Assembly (NCBI GenBank): GCA_002269645.1
Contig: NIVC01002895.1
Coordinates: forward strand, 1 to 64,000
Direction of reading: 5' to 3'
DNA from: Macrostomum lignano
Lineage: Eukaryota
Length of the DNA: 64,000 bases
In this document: piece after piece, positions 46,701 through 57,788 of the stretch
How the letters are laid out: each line of letters opens with the position of its first letter
Numbering within the stretch: the first letter of the stretch is position 1
Program-made: the position numbers and the translations under genes
Notes under the pieces: generated by a model
What the model was told of the DNA's origin: nothing
The model's database searches: none
The model's input: the letters and a program-made list of their open reading frames with translations, nothing else

Positions 46701-48827
46701 GGCGAAGGCAGCGGCGCAGAGTCGCGCAACGCCGCCGCGGCTTCGGTGGCCTCGGCGGTCATCGAGTCGGCGGCAGCGAATGTTGCCTCCAGTCGCGGCG
46801 ACGGTGGCGGTGGGCGTCGCGGAGTTTCTCTGTCGCCTTCGGGCGGGTCGCGGTCTTTAGAGGTCGGCGCAATCACGCCGTTGTCAACATCGCCGAATTC
46901 GAAGTTCTGCGACTGCTGCTACTGCGAGGTGTTCGGGCACGCGGGCGGCACCCCGGCTGGCCAGCAACCGGCCGTGCCGCCGAAATTCTACGAGAAGCGC
47001 GAGCAGCTGCGGCAGAAGCTAAAGCGCAAGAAGGAGCTGCAGCAGCAGCGGCAAGAGGCCGCGCAGCAGCAGCCGCAGCCGGCGGCCGAAGGCGGCGACA
47101 TCGACGAGCTGGTGAAGTTCATCGAGGGCGAGCCGGCGACCTCTACGGCGGCCAAGCGGGAGGCCAAGAAGGCCAGGCAGAAGGCCAAAAAGGCGGCCGC
47201 TAAGAAGCCGAATGCGAAATCCTCGAACTGTCTGGAGGCTGCGGATGTCGATGAGGCGGCCGAATCTCCGGCGCCTAGCGCCGACGTTCCAGTGGAGACC
47301 CCGCGGTCCAAGGCGGTGCCGGAGCAGCCGGCAGAGGCGCCCAAGTCTGCGGCGGCGGCCTCCAGTCAGCAGCGGCAGGAGGCGGCCAGCCAGCCATCAC
47401 GCAAGCCTGCAGCTCCCAGCAGCAACGGCAGCAGCAAGTACGGCTGCTCCATCGGCGCGAGGCCTCGCGGCTTTGCCCACCCCGCCGCCTCCGCCGCAGC
47501 TCCGCCAATCGGTGCAAATCAGCAGCAGCAGCAGCAGCAGCAGCCCCTAGCAACCGTTGCTAACGGAGCCATTGGAGCCAAGAGTCGGCACCAGAGCAAT
47601 AGCTACCAGCACTACCAGCAGCAGCCGCATCAGCAGTACTTCAGTAACCATCCTCCTCAGCAGCAGCAGCAGCAATATTCCAGGCAGGTCAGGCAGACCC
47701 GCACCATAGTCAGCTCGAGTCGGCAGCAGGCGCACCAGCAGACAAGGCAACAGCAACAGCAGCATGTGTACAGCTTTGGTAGAACCAAGAACTTTGCACC
47801 GTCACCAGCGGCAATAGGCGGTTCAATGCAGCAGCAGCTGCAGCAGCAGCAGCAGCAGCAGCAGCAGCCACTGCAATTCAGACCCCAGCAGCGCCATCAG
47901 CTGGGCTACCAGCATCGCGGCAAGCAGCCGCAGCAACAGAGACAACATCAGCAGCAGCAGCATCGACAGACAGCAACTGGCAGTAGAAACGGACCCGCTA
48001 GAGAAGATATTGGTGAGTGCAGGGTTGGGACATTTGAGTGCAGGGTTGGGACATTTGGGTGCAGGATTGGGACATTTGGGTGCAGGGTTGGGACATTTGG
48101 GTGCAGGGTTGGGGCATTTGGGTGCAGGGTTGGGGCATTTCATTTGGGTGCAGGGTCGGAACATTTGGGTGCAGGGTTGGGGCATTTGGGTGCAGGGTTG
48201 GGGCATTTCATTTGGGTGCAGGGTCGGAACATTTGGGTGCAGGGTTGGGACATTTAGGTGCAGGGTTAGGACATTTGGGTGCAGGGTTGGGGCATTTGGG
48301 TGCAGGGTTAGGACATTTGGGTGCAGGGTTGGGGCATTTGGGTGCAGGGTTGGGACATTTGGGTGAAGGGTTGGGGCATTTGGGTGCAGGGCTTAGATTT
48401 TTGTGAGATGCTGGATGCAGGGGAGGCTGGGTGCAGAGAGGCTGGGTGCAGGTGGACTGGGTGCAGGGAGGCTGGGTGCAGGGAGGCTGGGTACAGGTGG
48501 ACTGGGTGCAGGTAGGAATTAGATTTGCGTACTTCATTATCATTAATCCCATGACAAACAGCAGTGCATTTGCTTACCCCTGTGGCAGAGGAAGTATTCA
48601 AACCGCGCCTTGGCAGCTGCGAGGGAGAAGAGGTGGACCCAGTTGTGGAGCAGTTCAAAAGGTAAGTGAAACAGTGATTTCACTATTCATAATTTGCTGT
48701 TTGGTGCTCAGCAGCTGGAAAATCAAAATTCCGACCTCGCAGCTTCGTGATGAACGTTGAGGCGCCGAAGGAGCGGCAGAAGGTGCGGCTGGACATCGGC
48801 ACCATCGCTCTGAGCAAGAAGAAATGA
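37770..48827 (+). CDS. FAM193: FAM193-family protein, about 978 aa; exons 37770-38162, 45454-45961, 46135-48012, 48589-48661, 48743-48827
   Basis: Family motifs CDCRVC, DPGALYNAL, SWELLCQHWF, FCDCCYCEVFGH, DIDELVKFIEG and C-terminal EEVFKP...VEQFK...RQKV. All splice sites are GT-AG, phases are compatible, and the total of 2937 nt is 979 codons. Confidence 0.88.
39982..40063 (+). other. Degenerate tRNA-like Pol III cassette inside the Helitron-like element
   Basis: Perfect B box GGGTTCGAATCCC near 40028 followed by a T-run. Cloverleaf is not convincing. Confidence 0.35.
40450..43968. repeat. GC-rich satellite, 51-54-bp monomer, about 3.5 kb
   Basis: Monomer CCACTATACCACTAGACTAACTAATGCCAGGGGCGTGGGGGGCGGCCAGCCCC; variant monomers recur with about 1.18-kb periodicity. 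Confidence 0.97.
44065..45377. repeat. 24-bp C-rich intronic minisatellite (CCCCAATCCCCATCCCCTAGTGTT)
   Basis: Direct inspection; a short leading portion lies at 38178-38235, on the other side of the insertion. Confidence 0.97.
48020..48510. repeat. G-rich intronic minisatellites (21-bp TTTGGGTGCAGGGTTGGGACA plus a 15-bp variant)
   Basis: Fills FAM193 intron 3; accounts for the LGAGLGH tail of ORF 46227-48257. Confidence 0.93.
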
Positions 48828-49177
48828 TAATCCAGCCCCACCTGCAGATTGTCTCGATATTAACAGTGCATCGTGTTTGTGCGTTTGTGCGTTATCCATT
48901 TTGCTTTAAACTTGCGGTTCTGTGGTAGCTTTTTCCCATCTGCGCTTGCTATAATTGTAGAAATCTAATTTCCTGTTAATTTGCATCTCCGTCGAAGTTT
49001 TTGTCCAATAATGCTTTTTTTCTTTTGCTCCGTTTCTTGGCTTTTTGTTTGTTTTTTGCTCTCTGCTACTTTTAATCTGCGGCATGCAGTAAGTGTTTGC
49101 TGTCAAATATCATTTGTTAGATAAAGTCATTTTCAAATTTGCACCACAATGAGACTGTGCATGGGGAGGGGTGTTCC

Positions 49178-50065
49178 CCATCCCCTAGTGTTCCCCATCC
49201 CCTAGTGTTCCCCTTCCCCTAGTGTTCCCATCCCCTAGTGTTCCCATCCCCTAGTGTTCCCATCCCCTAGTGTCCCCATCCCCTAGTGTCCCCATCCCCT
49301 AGTGTCCCCATCCCCTAGTGTCCCCATCCCCTAGTGTCCCCATCCCCTAGTGTTCCCCATCCCCTAGTGTCCCCCATCCCCTAGTGTCCCCCTTCCCCTA
49401 GTATCCCCATCCCCTAGTGTCCCCATCCCCTAGTGTCCCCATCCCCTAGTGTCCCCATCCCCTAGTGTTCCCCATCCCCTAGTGTCCCCCATCCCCTAGT
49501 GTCCCCCTTCCCCTAGTATCCCCATCCCCTAGTGTCCCCCTTCCCCTAGTGTCCCCCTTCCCCTAGTGTCCCCCATCCCCTAGTATCCCCATCCCCTTGT
49601 GTTCCCCATCCCCTAGTGTCCCCATCCCCTAGTGTCCCCATCCCCTAGTGTCCCCATCCCCTAGTGTCCCCATCCCCTAGTGTCCCCATCCCCTAGTGTC
49701 CCCATCCCCTAGTGTCCCCATCCCCTAGTGTCCCCATCCCCTAGTGTTCCCCATCCCCTAGTGTCCCCATCCCCTAGTGTCCCCATCCCCTAGTGTCCCC
49801 CATCCCCTAGTATTCCCCATCCCCTAGTGTCCCCCATCCCCTAGTATCCCCCATCCCCTAGTATTCCCCATCCCCTAGTGTCCCCCATCCCCTAGTGTCC
49901 CCCATCTCCTAGTATTCCCCATCCCCTAGTATCCCCCATCTCCTAGTATTCCCCATCCCCTAGTATCCCCCATCTCCTAGTATTCCCCATCCCCTAGTAT
50001 CCCCCATCTCCTAGTATTCCCCATCCCCTAGTATCCCCCATCTCCTAGTATTCCCCATCCCCTTG
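49178..50065. repeat. About 17-bp minisatellite (CCCCATCCCCTAGTGTC), related to the 24-bp intronic unit
   Basis: Shares the core CCCCATCCCCTAGTGT with 44065-45377. Confidence 0.95.
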
Positions 50066-50804
50066 TGTTGTAACAGCACAATCCCCTGCTTCGGTGCCGT
50101 GGTCGAGGGCGCATTCATTTGGATCTTGTGTGCACAAAAATTGCCTAAGGGGTTCTCGGGCGATTGCAAGCCACGGAGAGTGTACATGCGTGAAGGATTA
50201 GAAAGTCAGGGCGGCTGTACACCGTGTGTGAGCGTTCAGGCAAACAGACTATATGCATTGAATTGCAACAGCGCAAATTTGGAAATGTTTTACTCTGACA
50301 AACGGTACAGAGAGTCGAGAGAACAGAGGTTATAGAAATTGCGCAAATAACTGTCGTGTTTATTTTTTAGCTGACTTTTTTTTGTCTGCTTTGACGTGTG
50401 TGCCGCGCTTTATTAATCAACATGCCAGGATGCTTGCGCACTGTCTGCTGCTGTTGTTACAGCTGTCTGTCTATCTGTCTACAGCGCATCAAGTGAAGTT
50501 GGTCCGGTTGAAATTTGAACTTTGCGCTCTGACTGTCTCGCCTCCGCCTGCGGTGTACATTCACTGCTGCCCGCATCATCATGGATAATGACATAATTTA
50601 TTTAAATATATATATATATAGTGTATAAATTCGTTACTAATGCACAGTATATTTCACTGCAACAATTCCCCAATGGAGCAATCCGCGCAAAGGAAATGTT
50701 GCACTTGTGCGTAAGCGTTAATTCCCGCTAGGAAAATGTTTTTGTGTCAGTTGCTTTGGGGATCGAGTTGGAAGGAATGACGTTTAGCCATCGTTTTGAA
50801 ATTC

Positions 50805-52826
50805 TGGTCACTAATCAGTGCGCAATTCTGGTCACTAATCAGTGTGCAATGTGGTCACTAATCAGTGCGCAATTCTGGTCACTAATCAGTGTGCAATGTG
50901 GTCACTAATCAGTGTGCAATCTCGTCACTAATCAGTGTGCAATGTGGTCACTAATCAGTATGCAATCTGGTCACTAATCAGTGTGCAATCTGGTCACTAA
51001 TCAGTGTGCAATCTGGTCACTAATCAGTGTGCAATCTGGTCACTAATCAGTGTGCAATCTCGTCACTAATCAGTGTGCAGTGTGGTCACTAATCAGTATG
51101 CAATCTGGTCACTAATCAGTGTGCAATGTGGTCACTAATCAGTATGCAATCTGGTCACTAATCAGTGTGCAATGTGGTCACTAATCAGTGTGCAATGTGG
51201 TCACTAATCAGTATGCAATCTGGTCACTAATCAGTGTGCAATGTGGTCACAGATCATTGTGCAATGTGGTCGCTAATCAGTGCGCAATTCTGGTGTGCAA
51301 TCAGTGTGCAATCTGGTCACTTATCAGTGTGCAATCTGGTCACTAATCAGTGTGCAATGTGGTCACTAATCAGTGTGCAATCTGGGCACTAATCAGTGTG
51401 CAATGTGGTCACAGATCATTGTGCAATGTGGTCGCTAATCAGTGCGCAATTCTGGTGTGCAATCAGTGTGCAATCTGGTCACTTATCAGTGTGCAATCTG
51501 GTCACTAATCAGTGTGCAATGTGGTCACTAATCAGTGTGCAATGTGGTCACTAATCAGTGTGCAATGTGGTCACTAATCAGTGTGCAATGTGGTCACTAA
51601 TCAGTGTGCAATGTGGTCACTAATCAGTGTGCAATCTCGTCACTAATCAGTGTGCAATGTGTTCGCTAATCAGTGCGCAATTCTGGTGTGCAATCAGTGT
51701 GCAATCTGGTCACTTATCAGTGTGCAATCTGGTCACTAATCAGTGTGCAATGTGGTCACTAATCAGTGTGCAATCTGGGCACTAATCAGTGTGCAATCTG
51801 GGCTCTAATCAGTGTGCAATCTGGTCACTAATCAGTGTGCAATCTGGTCACTAATCAGTGTGCAATGTGGTCACTAATCAGTGTGCAATCTCGTCACTAA
51901 TCAGTGTGCAATCTCGTCACTAATCAGTGTGCAATGTGGTCACTAATCAGTGTGCAATCTGGTCACTTATCAGTGTGCAATCTGGTCACTAATCAGTGTG
52001 CAATGTGGTCACTAATCAGTGTGCAATCTGGGCACTAATCAGTGTGCAATCTGGGCTTTAATCAGTGTGCAATCTGGTCACTAATCAGTGTGCAATCTGG
52101 TCACTAATCAGTGTGCAATGTGGTCACTAATCAGTGTGCAATGTGGTCACTAATCAGTGTGCAATCTGGTCACTAATCAGTGTGCAATCTGGTCACTAAT
52201 CAGTGCGCAATTCTGGTCACTAATCAGTGTGCAATGTGGTCACTAATCAGTGTGCAATCTGGTCACTAATCAGTGTGCAATCTGGTCACTTATCAGTGCA
52301 ATCGGGTCACTAATCACTGTGCAATCTGGTCACTAATCAGTGCAATCTGGTCACTAATCAGTGTGCAATTCTGGTCACTAATCAGTGCAATCTGGTCACT
52401 AATCAGTGCAATCTGGTCACTAATCAGTGCAATCTGGTCACTTATCAGTGCAATCGGGTCACTAATCACTGTGCAATCTGGTCACTAATCAGTGCAATCT
52501 GGTCACTAATCAGTGCAATCTGGTCACTAATCAGTGCAATCTGGTCACTTATCAGTGCAATCGGGTCACTAATCAGTGTGCAATCTGGTCACTAATCAGT
52601 GCAATCTGGTCACTAATCAGTGCAATTCTGGTCACTAATCAGTGCAATCTGGTCACTTATCAGTGCAATGTGGTCACTAATCAGTGCAATCTGGTCACTT
52701 ATCAGTGCAATCTGGTCACTAATCAGTGCAATGTGGTCACTAATCAGTGCAATCTGGTCACTAATCAGTGCAATTCTGGTCACTAATCAGTGCAATCTGG
52801 TCACTAATCAGTGTGCAATTCTGGTC
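50805..52826. repeat. 23-bp/21-bp satellite (TGGTCACTAATCAGTG[TG]CAATC)
   Basis: Direct inspection; about two further units at 53387-53428. Confidence 0.97.
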
Positions 52827-54356
52827 ATGGTAACTAACAGTAGCAATGCCAAGCCATTTTTCCGCCCGTCGAACTACCAAATAGGGGAAGGGGGAAATTG
52901 CCCCCCCCCCTGACAATTTTTTTTGCTGCGCCAGAACGGAGCAACGCAGGCACACGAAATTCAAGAACACGGGCTAACTTTTTGTTGCGCACCTTCTCAA
53001 ACAAGAATCAAGTCGCCAGCCCTCCGGACCGTCGAGATATTCGACGATTCTGCCAGAAGGTCGGATTTTTCCCCATATTCCCATCAGTACACCCCTGTGC
53101 GCCAATTAGCACTGCGCCTCAGTGCGGCCTTGCCAAGTCTCCAAATTTCATCAGAACATCGACCACATGTGTCCGCATCAGTTCTGACTTCGTTGGTCAC
53201 TAGCCTTTACCCAGGTGGAGCTTCTGGACCCTCAACAGCTGTGGCACCAGGTGACTATGGACACCCTGATGCGGATTTCTCTATTTTCGCTGATCAAGCC
53301 TCGACAGTGGGCAAAAATCAACTGCTGGACATCCTCAGCTAGTCAGTCTAACATTCAGCCATCACCCCGACGCCGTCGGCACCTTCAGTGTGCAATCTGG
53401 TCACTAATCAGTGTGCAATCTGGTCACTAAGCAGACCCACCGAGTTGTGCCCCATTCAGTGACCTACTTTTAGAAAATTCAAAGCTGACTGTGTCCTCAA
53501 AACTTGAAATGGTTTGGGGGAGCTGCAAAGATCAACAATGCGTCAACATGCATCAGAGACAAGGCCGCGTTCTTCCTACACGTCGTGCAGACTTGAGTGT
53601 TTAGAATAATAAAGCCTGCGCTGCCATAGCAACTGCATGAGGCACTCCAAGCACTTAAATCACTTTGTGCCGTATCAAATAGAGGTCAAACGTGCTTCCG
53701 GATCTTTTGCACTGACGGAGCATTTATTTTTGCTCATTCGAAATGCCTATTGCTTACTGCCGCAATGGTCTGCTTTCACATGGAGCTCTAGATGAAGAAA
53801 CTGCAGGAGTGGAAATTACTGGCTGGGCTGAGTATAGCACCCATTTTCCTGGCCTACACAAGTGCTCAAAGATAAACAAAAGTAGTTAGCAGTTGTTGCT
53901 ATCTTATGATCAAAGCATCGAGAGGGGTTGCGACTATACGCTTGTATCGATAGACTTGCTGTAGGTGCGAAATGAGAACACCAACAGCACTAATCATTCT
54001 AAGAATTTTGTAAAGAAACCACATTTATGAAATTCATATTTTTAAGTCATGAATACCAAAAGTAGCCCCCCATCAGCCTCCTCATTGGTCAGTTTCCCAT
54101 CCAGATTCTGCCTCTAAAAGCCCACGGCTATCTGACTTGACCCTACGGGACGTGCCTGCCTGCTGGAAAAACAGCGCGGCTGTTATCTGTTATCCTTATC
54201 GGCTGCCCAGCAACGCTTTCAATATTAGCCTGCTGACTTACCTGCCTACTCCACCCACCTGTGAGCAGCCACGCATCCTTGTGGTTTTTTGTGGCCTTCA
54301 AACTAGGTAGCAACTATCGATATAGTCTGTCTGCGTAGTCCCAACTGCATGTTGTC

Positions 54357-55436
54357 ATGACAACTGAAAATTACGCCAGCAACCAGCAGTTTGTGGACAC
54401 GAAGGAGGACCTGCTGGTTGAGTGTCGAGCCGACCAGAGCAGCGCGCAGTGCGCTCTGGCCACCATACTGGGCGTCCTGTCCGCCTATGGCCTGCCGCTG
54501 ATGTTCGGCCTGTGCCTGGTCAGCAACTGCCTCGTCATCTACGTCTGCACCGTGCGCCTGCGGCTTGAGAGCCGCTTCAGCGTCTACCTCTGCGCCTTCT
54601 GCCTGTGCGACACCGTCCAGTCCTTGGTGTGGGGCTTCGCCTGGGTCTTCCCGGCCAGGGGCGTCCCGTTCATGACTCGGGGCAGTGCTGGCTACCTGCT
54701 GATGAACGATAGCGACGGCGTCTGCAAGGCGGCGCGCTTTGTCCAGGCATTCAGCGCCGTGTGCGTCATCATTGTGCTGCTGGCTGGCGCCATCGACCGC
54801 TGTCTGACTGTTCACTGGCCGCTGTGGGCGCACCGACTGACCCGGAACCACGCCTTCGTGGGGGTCCTGGCCAGCGTGGCCGCGGCCATCCTGGTCTCGC
54901 TGCCGATGGTGGTCATCATGGGCCACACGGCGGTCCCGATGCGCGGCTACAACTCCTCCATCCTGTGCGGCATCGTGTTCGAGCCCAAGTCTGCCAGCTA
55001 CTACGCGGCCATGGTCTACCGCCTGCTGGTGGCTGGCGACACCTCTATTCTGCTTATCGCGCCCGCCCTGGCCGTCAATGTCTTGATCACCTGCCGCATC
55101 GTGAGCATCACTCGGCAGCGCAGGCGCGTTGTGAATCCGGGCGGCTGGCCGCAGCCACGCTGGCCACAGCTGAGCCGCGAGGAGACCTCCGCCTCGCTCT
55201 CCATCGTGCTGATCAACCTGGTGTACTTCCTGACCTGCATCCCCAAGATTATCGGCATTCGCGGCCTGTACAACTCCATGGAGAACCCGGATGCGCCCGT
55301 GGAGACACGGTTCCTTATCAACCTGCACGACATCAGCGACCTGATGCTGCAGTGGACTGGCACCCTGACTATCATCATCGTGTTCAGGCAGATAAAGTCG
55401 TTCAGGCAGCACTTTAAGGCGATCCTCCGGTGCTGA
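54357..55436 (+). CDS. Intronless class A (rhodopsin-like) orphan GPCR, 359 aa
   Basis: Seven hydrophobic segments; TM1 SN, TM2 LCAFCLCD, TM3 C...IDRCLTVHWPL, TM4 SLP, TM6 FLTCIP; AATAAA at 55524. Peptide-receptor-like (inference). Confidence 0.9.
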   Translation: MTTENYASNQQFVDTKEDLLVECRADQSSAQCALATILGVLSAYGLPLMFGLCLVSNCLVIYVCTVRLRLESRFSVYLCAFCLCDTVQSLVWGFAWVFPARGVPFMTRGSAGYLLMNDSDGVCKAARFVQAFSAVCVIIVLLAGAIDRCLTVHWPLWAHRLTRNHAFVGVLASVAAAILVSLPMVVIMGHTAVPMRGYNSSILCGIVFEPKSASYYAAMVYRLLVAGDTSILLIAPALAVNVLITCRIVSITRQRRRVVNPGGWPQPRWPQLSREETSASLSIVLINLVYFLTCIPKIIGIRGLYNSMENPDAPVETRFLINLHDISDLMLQWTGTLTIIIVFRQIKSFRQHFKAILRC

Positions 55437-56189
55437 TGTACACCTGAGCCTGTTGGACAGTGAACAGTTTACATGGAAACTAGCATGACAACCTTTCTTC
55501 GCGTACTTTTGTTTTACTGTTGTAATAAATTCAAGTCACAATAAACATAAATGGCCTTTAATAACTAATTTGCAATCCAAGCAGAAAGCGAAAATTGTAT
55601 GCTGTTGTTAGTATATAATATAGGGTTTCTAAATTTACATCTGTCTCGATCGTCAAAGCGCCTGTAGGACCTGTTGTGAGCCAAGGACCACCAGAAGTTC
55701 CGTAACAGTTACAACGGTAACTTCAATGCAGTGGTCCTTGTTGTGAGGTCTGCATATTTTTTCGGCCTTGTATTTGTGTTGGCAGCGGAACTGTGAACTC
55801 AAGCGTAGATTGCACTTAAATCTGGACGTGAGAAAATGCTACACCCTACAGAAGATTCAAAATCGCTTCAGATTCTTTCCTCACTACTCATTAGTAAGCT
55901 AACCGCCGGACGGTTATCATGTTGCCAAAGCGACAGCGAAAACTGCTGTGCGATGCCGGGTAGCCGAGAGAAAACACACCCGATTTTCTATTTTTAAAGC
56001 TTGATTCCTCGCGAACCTTCACTGGCATGGGGTTCTGGCGTTAGAGTTCAGGACCTTAAAGCTTGCCATGCGATTCTGCCCACTGTGTAAATAATGTACC
56101 GTGCATGACTGATCTTTCAGTCATGTAAGTAAGAAAGTCAGGGCCACTGTACATCTCATATCAGTGTGTGACTGCCAGCATATCCACAT

Positions 56190-56191
56190 GC

Positions 56192-56268
<77 letters not shown>

Positions 56269-56289
56269 TTCTGTCCCAGTGTCTCTCTC

Positions 56290-56351
<62 letters not shown>

Positions 56352-56441
56352 CCAGTGTCTGTCTGTCTGTCTGTCTGTCTGTCTTTCTGTCCCAGTGTCT
56401 TTCTGTCCCAGTGTCTCTCTGTCTGTCTGTCTGTCTGTCTA

Positions 56442-56491
<50 letters not shown>

Positions 56492-56499
56492 CCAGTGGC

Positions 56500-56564
<65 letters not shown>

Positions 56565-56634
56565 TTCTGTCTGTCTGTATATCTTCGTGTCCTGTCTGTC
56601 TATTAGAGTGTATATCTGTCTGTCTGTCTGTCTA

Positions 56635-56680
<46 letters not shown>

Positions 56681-56684
56681 CCAG

Positions 56685-56749
<65 letters not shown>

Positions 56750-56833
56750 TAGTGTCTGTCTTCGTGTCCTGTCTGTCTATTAGAGTGTATGTCTGTCTGC
56801 CTGTCCCAGTGTCTGTCTGTCTGCCTGTCCCAG

Positions 56834-56870
<37 letters not shown>

Positions 56871-56920
56871 TTCTGTCTGTCTGTCTGTCTTTCTGTCTGT
56901 CTGTCTGTCTTTCTGTCTGT
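56190..56920. repeat. (TGTC)n microsatellite with CCCAG interruptions
   Basis: Direct inspection. Confidence 0.98.
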
Positions 56921-57788
56921 AAACTAGCAGTGTATAAACTTCATAATGCTTAGTGAACTGTCTAAAAGCTGACAGGACAAGCAGTTCAACCTCATATCTG
57001 TTTGGAATGAACTGGCCCATTCGTACACTGTTATGCTTTCTGATATTGCAGCTCCGTCTGGTCACATGACACGAAAAACGTGTCTGGATCTGGAGGTTGC
57101 TAAAATATTCAGCCAGTCTGCCTATGGCATGCACTTTTGGCATCCCTGTCTGAATGTGCAGCGGTTTCCTAGCCCGCCAGCTCCTCCCGCATAGCAGCAG
57201 CGACAGGCTGCTGTACATGTAGTCTGTACTCTGTCCCTGGCGGGGAATAAAATTTGGGGGAACTACATATATAGTCTTCGTGCATAGTCTGGAGCCGTGT
57301 GTTTACCCGCTCCTCAGAGGCTGAAGTTCGCTTGCACTTGAATGCCGCTCGCGCTCGCTGACTTCGGTGATTCGCCAGAAAACAGGAGTATAAAAGTTCT
57401 CCTATACATAATGATGAGAGGCATCGAATCTGAGTAGATTAATTAAAGCTGAGTCCGATTGCAGAACGAGCGCCTCTGTTCCACGTGTAATTCTTTACGA
57501 GCTATAATTAAAAGCTTCAGTGATAACCTGTAAGTTTCCTGCTCCGGTACTAAACTGTCTAATGGTATGCAATTTTTCATAGCCAGATTATGAAATTTAT
57601 AGTGTGAAAAATCCTTGAGTAATTTGGTTTACGGTTAAAATCTTGGTTGCCCACCCAATTAGGTAGGTTTATTATCGAACGCTTGAGGTGGCCAAAAATT
57701 TAAAGTTTGTTGCAAACTCCGCCAATTATAGGGGGTAGTCAGGCTACGCACCTTCTCCACTGCAATTCTTGCAGACCATTGCGCAGAC

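Noticed and set aside
48013-48588. C-terminal LGAGLGH extension of ORF 46227-48257
   Set aside because: A strong donor G|GTGAGT at 48012/48013 and an in-phase downstream FAM193_C exon show this is intron.
52923-53342. ORF possibly related to an hAT transposase N-terminus
   Set aside because: Similarity is only impressionistic; no zinc finger, catalytic motif or paired TIRs identified.
54303-55417. Long antisense and alternative-frame ORFs over the GPCR
   Set aside because: Expected shadow ORFs of GC-rich coding sequence; no recognisable motifs.
56164-57218. CLSV/DRQT-rich ORFs
   Set aside because: Read-through of the (TGTC)n microsatellite.
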